A stretch of 64,000 bases of DNA from Nitratireductor sp. (GTDB lineage Bacteria; Pseudomonadota; Alphaproteobacteria; Rhizobiales; Rhizobiaceae): assembly GCA_039973095.1 (NCBI GenBank), contig JBDWLQ010000005.1:183849-247848 (forward strand). Reading direction: 5' to 3'. Shown here in pieces: positions 38,408-48,317 of this stretch (positions are counted from its first letter, which is position 1; every line of letters starts with the position of its first letter). The notes beneath the pieces are model-generated. The model did no database searches. It was given only the letters and a program-made list of their open reading frames with translations, and was not told the origin of the DNA. The position numbers were made by a program, and so were the translations under genes.

Positions 38408-39261
38408 CGATACTGGACCGCAGGCTGCATGCCTATCGCGAGGATCTCGCCGACACGCGCCTGCAGGGCCGGGTCGCCGCGCCGCGCTTCGTGTCCCCGC
38501 GCGTAAGGCGGATCGCGAGCCCTGTCGTCGACCTGCTGGTCGGACCCGACCGCGCCTCGGGTGTCAATTCGCAATTGCTGCGCGGCGCCGATGTCGACCT
38601 GTTCGACGAACGCGGCGGGCTCGCCTGGGTCCAGGCGCGTGAGGACGGTTATGTCGGTTATGTCGACGCGAAGGTCCTGGCCGAGCCTGGCCCTGCCGCG
38701 ACGCATGTCGTCGTCGCGCCGCGCACGTTTGTCTACGGTGAACCGGACATGAAGACGCCGCGCACCGCCGCGCTATCGATGGGAACGCGGCTTTCCGTGA
38801 CCGGTGAGGCCGAAACCCGCGGCAGCCGCTTCGCGATCACCGCCGACGGCGAGGCCGTCTTTGCCGATCATCTGCGGCCCGTCGGCTGGGGCGCGCCGGA
38901 CTATGTCGCCGTCGCCGAACAGTTCGAGCACACGCCCTATCTGTGGGGCGGCACGTCCGGTTTCGGCCTCGACTGCTCCGGCCTGGTCCAGCTTGCCCTG
39001 AAGATGGCCGGCACGGTGGTGCTGCGCGATTCCGACATGCAGGAAAAGATCGGCGCGCCGCTCGATCCGGGGCCGGATTTCCAGGCCGTGCGCCGGGGCG
39101 ATCTGGTGTTCTGGAAAGGCCATGTCGCGATCGTTACCGCGCCGGGGGAGGTCATTCATGCCAACGGCAACACGATGACGGTGGCGCGCGAGCCGCTTGC
39201 AGCGGCCATCGCCCGCATCGCGCCCCTGTTCGGTGCGCCAACCGTCACACGCCGGCCCTGA
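38404..39261 (+). CDS. NlpC/P60 (C40) peptidoglycan peptidase with N-terminal SH3b-like region
   Basis: GTG 38404 overlaps the MarR stop (GTGA). The catalytic Cys lies in YLWGGTSGFGLDCSGLV and the His in FWKGHVAIV. Confidence 0.85.
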   Translation: MTILDRRLHAYREDLADTRLQGRVAAPRFVSPRVRRIASPVVDLLVGPDRASGVNSQLLRGADVDLFDERGGLAWVQAREDGYVGYVDAKVLAEPGPAATHVVVAPRTFVYGEPDMKTPRTAALSMGTRLSVTGEAETRGSRFAITADGEAVFADHLRPVGWGAPDYVAVAEQFEHTPYLWGGTSGFGLDCSGLVQLALKMAGTVVLRDSDMQEKIGAPLDPGPDFQAVRRGDLVFWKGHVAIVTAPGEVIHANGNTMTVAREPLAAAIARIAPLFGAPTVTRRP

Positions 39262-39286
39262 GCGCGGTCGCGCGCTCTATATGCCG

Positions 39287-39424
39287 TCAGCGCCGCGGGC
39301 GCGATGCCTGTTCGGTGTCGGCGAACGGCGAGGGCGTTTGCGTGGCGGCGTCGAGCTGGACGAAAAACGCCGCGAGCGCGACGGCAACCAGCGTAAGCCT
39401 GACATGGTGATTGATGCGCGCCAT
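39287..39424 (-). CDS. Possible small hydrophobic/secreted protein (45 aa)
   Basis: ATG 39424 has SD ggagaa 7 nt upstream. The product is MARINHHVRLTLVAVALAAFFVQLDAATQ..., with G/C-rich third positions. No family recognised. Confidence 0.35.
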   Translation of the reverse strand: MARINHHVRLTLVAVALAAFFVQLDAATQTPSPFADTEQASRPRR

Positions 39425-39541
39425 GGTTTCTTCTCCGATCCGGTGTGGCGGACGGCGCTCGGCCGTCGCCACATGGTCGCGGCGGCGCCGGAGAAGGTTC
39501 AATGCGCGCTTGGGTCAAGCGGGTGAGGCGGCCGGCCGGGT

Positions 39542-40492
39542 TCAGTAGCCGGCCTTGCGATCGACGAGATTGCGCAGCGCCTCGCCGCGGTCGCAGGCAT
39601 CCATCTGTTCCAGCATCGATCTGGCCAGGTGCTCGGGATCGGACGCGGCGGCGGCATGCGGGGTGACGAACACGCGCTCATGCGTCCACACAGGGCTCGT
39701 CTCGGGCAGCGGTTCGGTTTCGAAAACGTCGAGGCTCGCTTCCTTCAGCACGCCCTCGTCAAGGGCGCGCAAAATATCGGCGCCGTTGTGCAGGAGCCCG
39801 CGCCCGGCATTGATCAGCACCGCGCCGCCGAGCGGGTTGTCGCGCCGCAGCTTCGACAAAAGCGCGAAGTCGATCATGCCCTGCGTGGCCGGCGTCAGTG
39901 GCAGCAGCACGACCAGAATATCGGTCGCGCCCAGAAAGGCGTCGAGGCCTTCATCGCCCCCATAGACGCCGACGCCCTCGACCGGGGCGCCGCTCCGGCT
40001 CCAGCCATTGACCCGGAAGCCGAGCGCCAGCAGCGCCCTGGCTGCCGCGCGACCGAGCTCGCCGAGCCCCATTATGCCGACCGAAACCCTGTCCGCCGGC
40101 GGCTGGGAGGCCTCGATCCAGGCCTTGCGCCGTTGCTGCGCGCGGTAGAGAAAGCCCTGGCGGTGATGGTCGAGCACCCGCCACACCACATATTCGCTCA
40201 TGTGCTGGGTCAGGTTGTCGGCCACCACGCGCACGATCGGCACGTCCGGCAGTTCCGGGTCGGCGAACAAATGGTCGACCCCGGCCCCGCCAGAGAAGAT
40301 CGCCTTGAGGTTGGGAAGGCCGGACAACAGCCCGGGATTGCGGTTCCACACCACCGCATAGTGGATCGCGCTGTCGACCGGGCGTTCGCGTTCCAGCACC
40401 ACTTCGCGGCCGACAGACAGCATCTTGCGCCAATGCTGCGGGTCGAACCCGGCGACGGACAGGAGAACGCGGCCTTTTGCGGGGTCTTGCAT
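39542..40492 (-). CDS. 2-hydroxyacid dehydrogenase, GhrA-like (glyoxylate/hydroxypyruvate reductase A family)
   Basis: 316 aa with NAD site GIMGLGELG and catalytic-region motifs NAGRG and VTPHAAA. Confidence 0.8.
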   Translation of the reverse strand: MQDPAKGRVLLSVAGFDPQHWRKMLSVGREVVLERERPVDSAIHYAVVWNRNPGLLSGLPNLKAIFSGGAGVDHLFADPELPDVPIVRVVADNLTQHMSEYVVWRVLDHHRQGFLYRAQQRRKAWIEASQPPADRVSVGIMGLGELGRAAARALLALGFRVNGWSRSGAPVEGVGVYGGDEGLDAFLGATDILVVLLPLTPATQGMIDFALLSKLRRDNPLGGAVLINAGRGLLHNGADILRALDEGVLKEASLDVFETEPLPETSPVWTHERVFVTPHAAAASDPEHLARSMLEQMDACDRGEALRNLVDRKAGY

Positions 40493-40519
40493 GGTGCTTG
40501 CGGTCTTGCGCCTGAAAAA

Positions 40520-42148
40520 CTACTGGCTGACCACGCCTTCCGGCGCGGCGGTGATGTCGAAGGCGGCGGCGAGCAGGGCCCGCGTGTAGTCCGATTGCGG
40601 CTCGCGGAAGATCCGCTCGGCCGGTCCCGCTTCCACGATCTTGCCGTTGCGCATCACGATCACCTCATTGGCGAGCGCGCGCACCACCTTCAGATCGTGG
40701 CTGATGAACAGATAGGCCAGGTCGTGGCGTTTCTGCAGGTCGCGCAGCAGGTCGACCACCTGCGCCTGCACGCTCATGTCGAGCGCTGAGGTCGGTTCGT
40801 CGAGCATGACGAATTTCGGCTTCAGCACCATGGCGCGCGCGATCGCGATGCGCTGGCGCTGACCGCCGGAAAATTCGTGCGGGTAGCGGAAGCGGGTCTG
40901 CGGATCGAGCCCGACCTCGTCGAGAACCGCCACCACGCGCCGGTCGCGTTCGTCCGCCGACAGCGCCTTTTCGTGGATGGAGAGCCCTTCCTCGATGATC
41001 TCGGCCACCGACATACGCGGGCTGAGCGAGCCGAACGGATCCTGGAACACGATCTGCAGTTCGCGGCGCAGGGGACGCATTTCCTTGAACGACAGGGCGT
41101 CGATGGCGCGTTCTCCGAAGCGTATGCCGCCTTGCGAGGCGATCATCCGGCACAGCGCCAGCCCCAGCGTGGTCTTGCCCGAGCCCGATTCGCCGACCAC
41201 GCCGACGGTCTGGCCGGCGCGCAGCGTGATGTCGACGCCGTCGACCGCCTTCACGTAGTCGACCGTGCGGCGCATGAAGCCCTTCTTGATCGGAAACCAC
41301 ACCCGGATATCGTCGCCGCTCATCACCTGCCGGGCGGCCGCGTCGGCCGGCGGCGGCTCGCCCTTCGGCTCTGCGGCCAGAAGGTGCCTGGTATAGTCAT
41401 GTTGCGGATTGTCGAAGATCTCTTGCGTCGGCCCGGCTTCGACGATCCTGCCCTTGGTCATCACGCAGACGCGGTCGGCGATGCGCCGCACGATGCCGAG
41501 ATCGTGGGTGATGAACAGCATCGACATGCCGTTCTTGCGTTTCAACTCGTCCAGAAGCTCCAGGATCTGGGCCTGGACGGTAACGTCGAGCGCGGTGGTC
41601 GGCTCGTCGGCGATCAGCAATTGCGGTTCGTTGGCGAGCGCCATGGCGATCATCACGCGCTGGCGCTGGCCGCCGGACAATTGGTGCGGATAGGCGCCGA
41701 GCCGTTTTTCGGGCTCGCGGATGCCGACCTCTTCGAGCAGCGCCAGCGTGCGCGCGCGGGCGGCGGTGTCGCTCATGCCCTGATGCAGTTTCAACACCTC
41801 GCCGACCTGCTGCTCGATACTGTGCAGCGGGTTGAGCGAGGTCATCGGCTCCTGGAAGATCATGGTGATGTCGCGCCCGCGGATCCTGCGCAGCGCCTGT
41901 TCCTTCGCGCCGAGCAGGTCCTGGCCATCGAACAGGATTTCGCCGGAGGGATGGCTGGCCGCCGGATAGGGCAGGAGCTTCAGCACCGATAGCGCCGTCA
42001 CCGACTTGCCCGAGCCGGACTCGCCCACCAGCGCCACCGTCTCGCCGCGGCCGATGTCGAACGACACGCGGTCGACGGCGAGGCTTTGTTTCTCGTCCTG
42101 CGAGAAGGCGACGGAAAGATCGCGAACGGAAATAAGGGGCGCGCTCAT
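40520..42148 (-). CDS. yejF: ABC transporter ATP-binding protein with duplicated ATPase domains, YejF-like
   Basis: Starts [13 protein letters not shown]. Two Walker A sites ([18 protein letters not shown]) and two LSGGQRQR signatures. Its ATG overlaps the yejE stop. The start coordinate was taken from the ORF-track frame. Confidence 0.9.
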   Translation of the reverse strand: MSAPLISVRDLSVAFSQDEKQSLAVDRVSFDIGRGETVALVGESGSGKSVTALSVLKLLPYPAASHPSGEILFDGQDLLGAKEQALRRIRGRDITMIFQEPMTSLNPLHSIEQQVGEVLKLHQGMSDTAARARTLALLEEVGIREPEKRLGAYPHQLSGGQRQRVMIAMALANEPQLLIADEPTTALDVTVQAQILELLDELKRKNGMSMLFITHDLGIVRRIADRVCVMTKGRIVEAGPTQEIFDNPQHDYTRHLLAAEPKGEPPPADAAARQVMSGDDIRVWFPIKKGFMRRTVDYVKAVDGVDITLRAGQTVGVVGESGSGKTTLGLALCRMIASQGGIRFGERAIDALSFKEMRPLRRELQIVFQDPFGSLSPRMSVAEIIEEGLSIHEKALSADERDRRVVAVLDEVGLDPQTRFRYPHEFSGGQRQRIAIARAMVLKPKFVMLDEPTSALDMSVQAQVVDLLRDLQKRHDLAYLFISHDLKVVRALANEVIVMRNGKIVEAGPAERIFREPQSDYTRALLAAAFDITAAPEGVVSQ

Positions 42149-43287
42149 TTGAACGTCTTCCGGGGGTCGAAGGCGTCGCGGGTCGCCTCGCCGATGAAGA
42201 TCAGGAGCGACAGCATCAGCGAGATCACCACGAATCCGGTAATGCCGAGCCAGGGCGCGTTGAGGTTCTGCTGGCCCTGTTTGAGAAGTTCTCCCAAGGA
42301 GGCCGAACCCGGCGGCAGGCCGAAGCCGAGAAAGTCGAGCGAGGTCAGCGTGGTGATCGAGCCGTTGAGGATGAACGGCAGGAAGGTCAGCGTCGCCACC
42401 ATCGCATTGGGCAAGAGGTGGCGGAACATGATCGTGCGGTTGGGCACGCCGAGCGCGCGCGCGGCGTTGACATATTCGAAGTTGCGCGCCCGCAGGAATT
42501 CCGCCCGCACCACGCCGACGAAGCCGACCCAGGAAAACAGCAGCATGATCGCCAGCAGGATGAAGAAGCCGGGCGGCAGCACGGCGGCGATGATCAGGAT
42601 CAGGTAGAGCACCGGGACCGACGACCAGATTTCGATGAAACGCTGGAACAACAGGTCGGTCCAGCCGCCGAAATAGCCTTGCACGGCGCCGGCCGACACC
42701 CCGATCAGCGCCGAGCACAGCGTCAGCGCCAGGCCGAACAGCACCGAGATGCGGAAGCCGTAGATCGCCCGCGCCAGCACGTCGCGGGTCTGGTCGTCCG
42801 TGCCGAGCCAGTTCCAGTTGCCGAGCGTGCAGCTCGGATCGTCGGCGCCCTGCGGATAGCGCGCGCAGCGCGTCTCGCGGTCGTAGAGCCAGGACGGCTT
42901 GGCCGGCGCGGCTTCGGGAATCTCGTTGTTGACGGTGCGGTAGGAATAGCGGACCGGCGGCCAGATCAGCCAGCCATTGGCTTCGATCTCCTCGAAGATC
43001 ACCGGGTCGCGATAATCGGTAACGGCGAGGAAGCCGCCGAATTTTTCCTCCGGATAGTCGACCAGCACCGGAAACAGGATCTCGCCCTTGTAGGAAGCCA
43101 GCACCGGTTTGTCGTTGGCGATGAACTCGGCGAACATCGACAGCACGAACAGCACCAGGAAAATCCACAACGACCAGTAGCCGCGGCGGTTCGCCTTGAA
43201 ATTCTGCCAGCGGCGCTGGTTGAGCGGCGACAGCCAGCCGCGGCGCGGCGCTGCGGCGTCCGGGGCGGTGAGGGAGCGTTGCATCAC
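42145..43287 (-). CDS. yejE: ABC transporter permease, YejE-like
   Basis: 380 aa, oligopeptide-type permease. The start is GTG 43287 or ATG 43284, and either overlaps the yejB stop. Confidence 0.88.
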   Translation of the reverse strand: MMQRSLTAPDAAAPRRGWLSPLNQRRWQNFKANRRGYWSLWIFLVLFVLSMFAEFIANDKPVLASYKGEILFPVLVDYPEEKFGGFLAVTDYRDPVIFEEIEANGWLIWPPVRYSYRTVNNEIPEAAPAKPSWLYDRETRCARYPQGADDPSCTLGNWNWLGTDDQTRDVLARAIYGFRISVLFGLALTLCSALIGVSAGAVQGYFGGWTDLLFQRFIEIWSSVPVLYLILIIAAVLPPGFFILLAIMLLFSWVGFVGVVRAEFLRARNFEYVNAARALGVPNRTIMFRHLLPNAMVATLTFLPFILNGSITTLTSLDFLGFGLPPGSASLGELLKQGQQNLNAPWLGITGFVVISLMLSLLIFIGEATRDAFDPRKTFK

Positions 43288-44375
43288 ACGTCCCTCCGCT
43301 CGAAATCGATACGCGGATCGATCCAGGTATAGACCAGGTCCGAAATCAGCCCGACGACGAGACCGATCAGCGAAAAGATGAACAGGTTGGCGAACACCAC
43401 CGGGTAGTCGCGGTCGAGCACCGAGCGGAAGCCCAGAAGGCCGAGCCCGTCGAGCGAAAAGATGTTCTCGATCAGCAGCGACCCGGTGAAGAAGGCCGAG
43501 ATGAAGGCGGCCGGGAAGCCGGCGATGATGATCAGCATCGCGTTACGGAACACGTGACCGTAAAGCACCTGGCGTTCCGTCAGCCCCTTGGCGCGCGCGG
43601 TCACGACATATTGCTTGCGGATTTCGTCGAGGAAGGAGTTCTTGGTCAGCAACGTGTTGGTCGCGAAGGCCGACAGCACCATCGCCGTCAACGGTAGGGT
43701 CAGGTGCCAGAAATAGTCGACGATGCGTTCCGGCCAAGACAGCTCGTGCCAGTTGTCGGAGATCAGGCCGCGCAGCGGGAACCAGTCGTAGAACGAGCCG
43801 CCGGCGAAAAGCACCATCAGCAGAATTGCGAACAGGAAGCCGGGAATGGCGTAGCCGACGATGACGATGCCGCTGGTCCAGATGTCGAAGCTGGAGCCGT
43901 CCTTGACCGCCTTGCGAATGCCGAGCGGAATCGAGATCAGGTAGGAGATCAGCGTGATCCACAGGCCGAGCGAGACTGAAACCGGCATTTTTTCCAGGAT
44001 CAGGTCCAGCACGGAAATGTCGCGGAAGAAGCTTTCGCCGAAATCGAACCGGGCATAGTCCCACAGCATCTTGAAAAACCGCTCGAGCGGCGGCTTGTCG
44101 AAGCCGAATTGCACCTCGAGCTGCTTGATGAACTCGGGGTCGAGCCCCTGCGCGCCGCGATATTTGGAATCGCCGGCATCGAAGTCCTGCACGCCTGAAT
44201 CGCCGCCGCCGCCCGAAATGCGATCGGCCGCGTCGCCGCCCTGGCCGGTGATGCGCGCAATCACCTGTTCGACCGGTCCGCCCGGCGCGAACTGGATGAC
44301 GGTAAATGAGATCGCCATGATCCCGAACAGGGTCGGGATCATCAAAAGCAGGCGTCTGAGGATATAGGCTCCCAT
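43284..44375 (-). CDS. yejB: ABC transporter permease, YejB-like
   Basis: 363 aa starting [24 protein letters not shown], typical of DppB/YejB permeases. Confidence 0.88.
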   Translation of the reverse strand: MGAYILRRLLLMIPTLFGIMAISFTVIQFAPGGPVEQVIARITGQGGDAADRISGGGGDSGVQDFDAGDSKYRGAQGLDPEFIKQLEVQFGFDKPPLERFFKMLWDYARFDFGESFFRDISVLDLILEKMPVSVSLGLWITLISYLISIPLGIRKAVKDGSSFDIWTSGIVIVGYAIPGFLFAILLMVLFAGGSFYDWFPLRGLISDNWHELSWPERIVDYFWHLTLPLTAMVLSAFATNTLLTKNSFLDEIRKQYVVTARAKGLTERQVLYGHVFRNAMLIIIAGFPAAFISAFFTGSLLIENIFSLDGLGLLGFRSVLDRDYPVVFANLFIFSLIGLVVGLISDLVYTWIDPRIDFERRDV

Positions 44376-44414
44376 CAGCCCGCCGCCCCGCTGCCCGCGT
44401 TCATGTCCGAGCGC

Positions 44415-46286
44415 CTAGGATTTCCCAATTGCCTCTGCCTTGTCAGGATCGACCCACCACAATGTCTCGACCGGGAAGCCGTAATCGGGTTTCGGCTCCT
44501 TGAAGCCGAACATGTCCCAATAGGCGGCCCGGTGATTCGCCGCATGCCAATTTGGAATCCAGTCGTGCCGCGCGCGCAAGACCCGGTCGAGCGCCCGCAT
44601 GGCCACGGTGAAGCGCTCGCGGTCGCCGGCTTCTTCGGCAAGCGCAATCAGCGCATCGACCGCGGGGTCGGCCGTTCCGGCCAGATTGCGCGAGCCGGGC
44701 AGCCCGGCCGAACGCGAATGGAAATAATGCGTCAGCTCGTCGCCGGTCGGCGTGGCGGTGAAGGAGGCGGCGATGCCCAGCATGTCGAAATCGAAATCGA
44801 GCTGGCGCGCCTGGTACTGCGTTGCGTCGACCAGGCGGATCGAGGCGTCGATGCCAATCGCCTTCATGTTCTCGACAAGCGGCGAATCGACCCGCACGAA
44901 CACCTGGTCGCGCACCAGGATCTCCAGCGTGAGCGCCTCGCCCTTGTCGTTGCGCACCAGCGTGCCGTCGCGCGCCCAGCCGGCTTCCGCCAGAAGCCGT
45001 GCGGCGCGGGAAAGCAGCACCCGGTCGCGGCCCGACCCGTCGGAGACCGGCGGGGTGACCGCCTCGCCGAACGCCTCTTCGGGAATCTGCCCGCGAAACC
45101 GTTCCAGAATTTCCAGTTCCTCGGGCGAGGGCAGGCCGGTAGTCTTGTAGTCCGAGCGCTCGAAGGTCGAGTGCGAGCGTTCATAGGCGCCGTAAAACAG
45201 GTTGCGGCGCGTCCACTCGAAATCGAAGCACAGCCCGACCGCCTCGCGCACGCGGCGGTCGCTAAATCGCTCGCGTCGCTGGTTGAGTGCCCACGCATGC
45301 ATCGACGGGCGCAACTCGGACGGAAATTCGCGCTTGACCACCTTGCCGTCCTCGACGGCGGGAAAGTCGTAGCCGGTCGCCCACACCCGCGAGGTGAATT
45401 CCTGCCGGTAGGTCACCTCGCCCTTCTTGAAGGCTTCGAACCCGGCCTGGCGCTCTTGATAGAATTCGATGCGGATCCGGCCGAAATGGCCGAGTCCCTT
45501 GGCGACCGGCAGCTCGCGCGCCCAGTAATCCTCGACCCGGTCATATTCGATCCAGCGCCCCGGCTCGAACCGGCCGACCTTGTAGGCGCCCGAGCCGAGC
45601 GGCGGCCTGAGTTCGGAACTGTCGAACGGATGCGTCTCGTAAAAGGTCCGCGAGACGATCGGAAATACCGATACGCCCAGAATGGTGCGCGCCGACTGGT
45701 CGCCGGAAAAACTGATGCGGAAGGTGTGGTCGTCGACCGCGACGGCCTCGCGCATGTGCGTCAGCGGCAACAGCAGGCTCGGATGGCCTTTTTCCTTGAA
45801 CAGATTGTAGCTGAAGGCGACGTCGTGCGCGGTCAGCGGGCTGCCGTCGTGAAAGCGGGCCTGCGGCCGCAGCGCGAAGGTGAAGCTGTTGCGATCGTCC
45901 GAGATCGACACGGTTTCCGCAACCAGCCCGTAGAGCGCGTCGGGCTCGTCGAGCGCACGCGTCATCAACGCGTCGAAACACAGTTCCATGCGCGGCGGCG
46001 CGTCGCCGCGCGACACGAAACTGTTCAGCGTGTTGAAGGTCAAAACGTTCTGATTGAACCCCCAGTTCGGCGGCGCGAAATTGAACGTGCCGCCTGCCGG
46101 TGCGTCCGGGCTCGCATAGTCGAAATGGGTGAAGTCGGGCGCGTATTTGAGATCGCCGAAGGCCGACAGCCCGTGCAGGCTGCGGCCCGTCGGTGGCGCG
46201 GCCAGCGCCGCACCGGGCAAGTGGGCAAGGCCAAGCGCGGCGCCGGCCAGGGCCAGGAAATCGCGGCGGGGCAAGGTGTTTGTCAT
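44415..46286 (-). CDS. Family 5 extracellular solute-binding protein, YejA-like (copy 1, Tat-type leader)
   Basis: 623 aa counted from ATG 46286. The leader MTNTLPRRDFLALAGAALGLAHLPGAALA carries a twin-arginine motif. Confidence 0.85.
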   Translation of the reverse strand: MTNTLPRRDFLALAGAALGLAHLPGAALAAPPTGRSLHGLSAFGDLKYAPDFTHFDYASPDAPAGGTFNFAPPNWGFNQNVLTFNTLNSFVSRGDAPPRMELCFDALMTRALDEPDALYGLVAETVSISDDRNSFTFALRPQARFHDGSPLTAHDVAFSYNLFKEKGHPSLLLPLTHMREAVAVDDHTFRISFSGDQSARTILGVSVFPIVSRTFYETHPFDSSELRPPLGSGAYKVGRFEPGRWIEYDRVEDYWARELPVAKGLGHFGRIRIEFYQERQAGFEAFKKGEVTYRQEFTSRVWATGYDFPAVEDGKVVKREFPSELRPSMHAWALNQRRERFSDRRVREAVGLCFDFEWTRRNLFYGAYERSHSTFERSDYKTTGLPSPEELEILERFRGQIPEEAFGEAVTPPVSDGSGRDRVLLSRAARLLAEAGWARDGTLVRNDKGEALTLEILVRDQVFVRVDSPLVENMKAIGIDASIRLVDATQYQARQLDFDFDMLGIAASFTATPTGDELTHYFHSRSAGLPGSRNLAGTADPAVDALIALAEEAGDRERFTVAMRALDRVLRARHDWIPNWHAANHRAAYWDMFGFKEPKPDYGFPVETLWWVDPDKAEAIGKS

Positions 46287-46299
46287 GGCTGGGCCCGGC

Positions 46300-48180
46300 T
46301 CAGTTCTGGCCGCTCGTTTTTCCGGCAAGGGCCGCCGCCTTCTCCGGATCGATCCACCATGAATCGATATCGGCGCCGATATAGGACGGCTGCTCGTCGG
46401 GAATGCCGAACTTGTTCCAGTAGGCGAGCCAGAGCACCGAGCGGTGCCATTGCGGCACGACGTAGAAATTCCACAGCAATACCCTGTCGAGCGCATGGGT
46501 CGCCGCCACCAGTTCCGCGCGATCCTTGGCGTAGATCACCTTTTCCACCAGCGCGTCCACCACCGGGTCCTTGATGCCGGGAAGGTTGCGCGAGCCGGGC
46601 TGGTCGGCCGCCGTCGAGCCCCAGAATTCGCGCTGTTCGTTGCCGGGCGACAGCGACTGGGCGAATTGTCCGGTGAGCGAATCGAATTCGAAGCCGCGCA
46701 GCCGGTTGACATATTGCGAGGTATCGACGATCCGAAGCGTGGCGTCGATGCCGAGCTTGCGCAGCGTGGCGATATAGGAACCGGTGATCACCTCGTCGGT
46801 CGGGCTGCGGCCTAGAAATTCTATTCTGAACTGCTCTCCGCTCGCCTCGCTGACCAGCTTACCGCCCTTGATCACCCAGCCCGCCTCGGCAAAAAGCTTG
46901 ACGGCGCTGCGCAGATGGGTGCGCTCCGCCTGTGGGCTGTCATAGACCGGCAGGGTGAATTCCTCGGTGAAGACTTCCGGCGGCAACTGGTCTCGGAATT
47001 CTTCGAGAATGGCCAGTTCGCGCCCCCCGGGCAGGCCGGACGAGGCCAGTTCGCCGCCTTCGAAATAGCTGTCGGTGCGTGTGTTCTGGCCGTAGAAGAG
47101 GTTGCGGTTCATGCTCTCGAAATCGAGCGCGATGGTCAGCGCCTGGCGCACCTTGCGGTCCTGGAATTGCGGCCGCCGCAGATTGAGCACGAAACCCTGC
47201 ATCGGTTCGTTGCTCGAGGTTGGAAATTCGCGCTTGATGACGTCGCCGGCCTTGAAGGCGGGAAAGTCGTATTCCACCGTCCAGCGTCTCGAGCTGTTTT
47301 CCGGCCTGATGTCCTCGAGCCCGCCTTTGGTGAAGGCCTGCCATTCGGCATTCTGATCCTGGATATAGATATATTTGCGCCGGTCGAAATTGTTGCGTCC
47401 GACATTCACCGGCAGATCCGCCGCCCAATAATCCTCGACGCGCCGCCACACGATTTCCGCTCCGGGCCGGAAGCTCTCGATCCGGTAGGCGCTCGAGCCG
47501 AGCGGCGGTTCCAGCGTCGGTTGGGTGACGTCGCGCTTGTTGCCCTTGGCGTCGACACCGTCCCACCATTGTTTGGGCAGAACCGGCATGTCGCCCAGAA
47601 TATGCGGCAATTCGCGATTGCCGGTCTGGTCGAAGGAGAATTCGATCTCGCGTTCCGAAAGCGCCTTGGCCTCGGTCACGCTGGAGAAGTAGCGATTGAA
47701 ATTGGGGCTGTTTTCTTTCAGCACGCCGAAGGTCCACACCACGTCGTCGGCGGTGATCGGTGTGCCGTCGTGCCATTTGGCTTGCGGGTTGAGCCGATAG
47801 GTGGCCGACGAATAGTCGTCGGGATATTTGTAGGCTTCAGCGATCAGCGGGTGGCTCGTGCCCGGCTCGTCGGTCGATTGCTGCATCAGCGTGTCCCACA
47901 ACAGACCGCCGAAAAAATTCAGCCCGGCCGCCGGCGTGCCGCGCACGATGAACGGGTTGAAACTGTCGAACGTGCCGGCCGTAACCGAATTCAGCGTGCC
48001 GCCCTTCGGCGCGTCGGGATTGACGTAGTCGTAATGGGGAAATTCGTCGAGATATTTGGAGGTCCCGATCAGCGAGGTCGTGGTATGCCACTGCCCGTCG
48101 GCCGCGCGGGCATGTTCGGCCGGCGGCGTCAGCAGCATGGCTCCCAGACACATGCTTGCGAATATCGAAAAACGCCTCAT
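46300..48180 (-). CDS. Family 5 extracellular solute-binding protein, YejA-like (copy 2, Sec-type leader)
   Basis: 626 aa counted from ATG 48180. The leader is MRRFSIFASMCLGAMLLTPPAEHARA. It is collinear with copy 1 (HYDYVNPDAPKGG vs HFDYASPDAPAGG; PPLGSSAY vs PPLGSGAY). Confidence 0.85.
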   Translation of the reverse strand: MRRFSIFASMCLGAMLLTPPAEHARAADGQWHTTTSLIGTSKYLDEFPHYDYVNPDAPKGGTLNSVTAGTFDSFNPFIVRGTPAAGLNFFGGLLWDTLMQQSTDEPGTSHPLIAEAYKYPDDYSSATYRLNPQAKWHDGTPITADDVVWTFGVLKENSPNFNRYFSSVTEAKALSEREIEFSFDQTGNRELPHILGDMPVLPKQWWDGVDAKGNKRDVTQPTLEPPLGSSAYRIESFRPGAEIVWRRVEDYWAADLPVNVGRNNFDRRKYIYIQDQNAEWQAFTKGGLEDIRPENSSRRWTVEYDFPAFKAGDVIKREFPTSSNEPMQGFVLNLRRPQFQDRKVRQALTIALDFESMNRNLFYGQNTRTDSYFEGGELASSGLPGGRELAILEEFRDQLPPEVFTEEFTLPVYDSPQAERTHLRSAVKLFAEAGWVIKGGKLVSEASGEQFRIEFLGRSPTDEVITGSYIATLRKLGIDATLRIVDTSQYVNRLRGFEFDSLTGQFAQSLSPGNEQREFWGSTAADQPGSRNLPGIKDPVVDALVEKVIYAKDRAELVAATHALDRVLLWNFYVVPQWHRSVLWLAYWNKFGIPDEQPSYIGADIDSWWIDPEKAAALAGKTSGQN

Positions 48181-48263
48181 CTCACTCCCTTCGATCTTGC
48201 CGGCTCGGCTGGTCCGCCGCGTGCCGCGGTGAAACCGCATCCGCTGTTTCTGGCACAGGCTAA

Positions 48264-48293
48264 CAAAAAAAGCCGGGGCGAACCCGGCTTTTT
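48264..48293 (-). terminator. Rho-independent terminator after the cytochrome c gene
   Basis: aaaaaaagccggg-gcgaa-cccggcttttt. Read on the minus strand, the stem is followed by a T7 tract. Confidence 0.8.
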
Positions 48294-48317
48294 CGTGGAA
48301 TTGAGATTACAATTTGG

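Noticed and set aside
40520-43168. 882-aa ORF suggesting a giant fused transporter protein.
   Set aside because: Only the C-terminal 542 aa (from [13 protein letters not shown]) are YejF. The upstream part is an alternative frame running through yejE with nonsense-like composition. The real yejE is in another frame, at 42145..43287.
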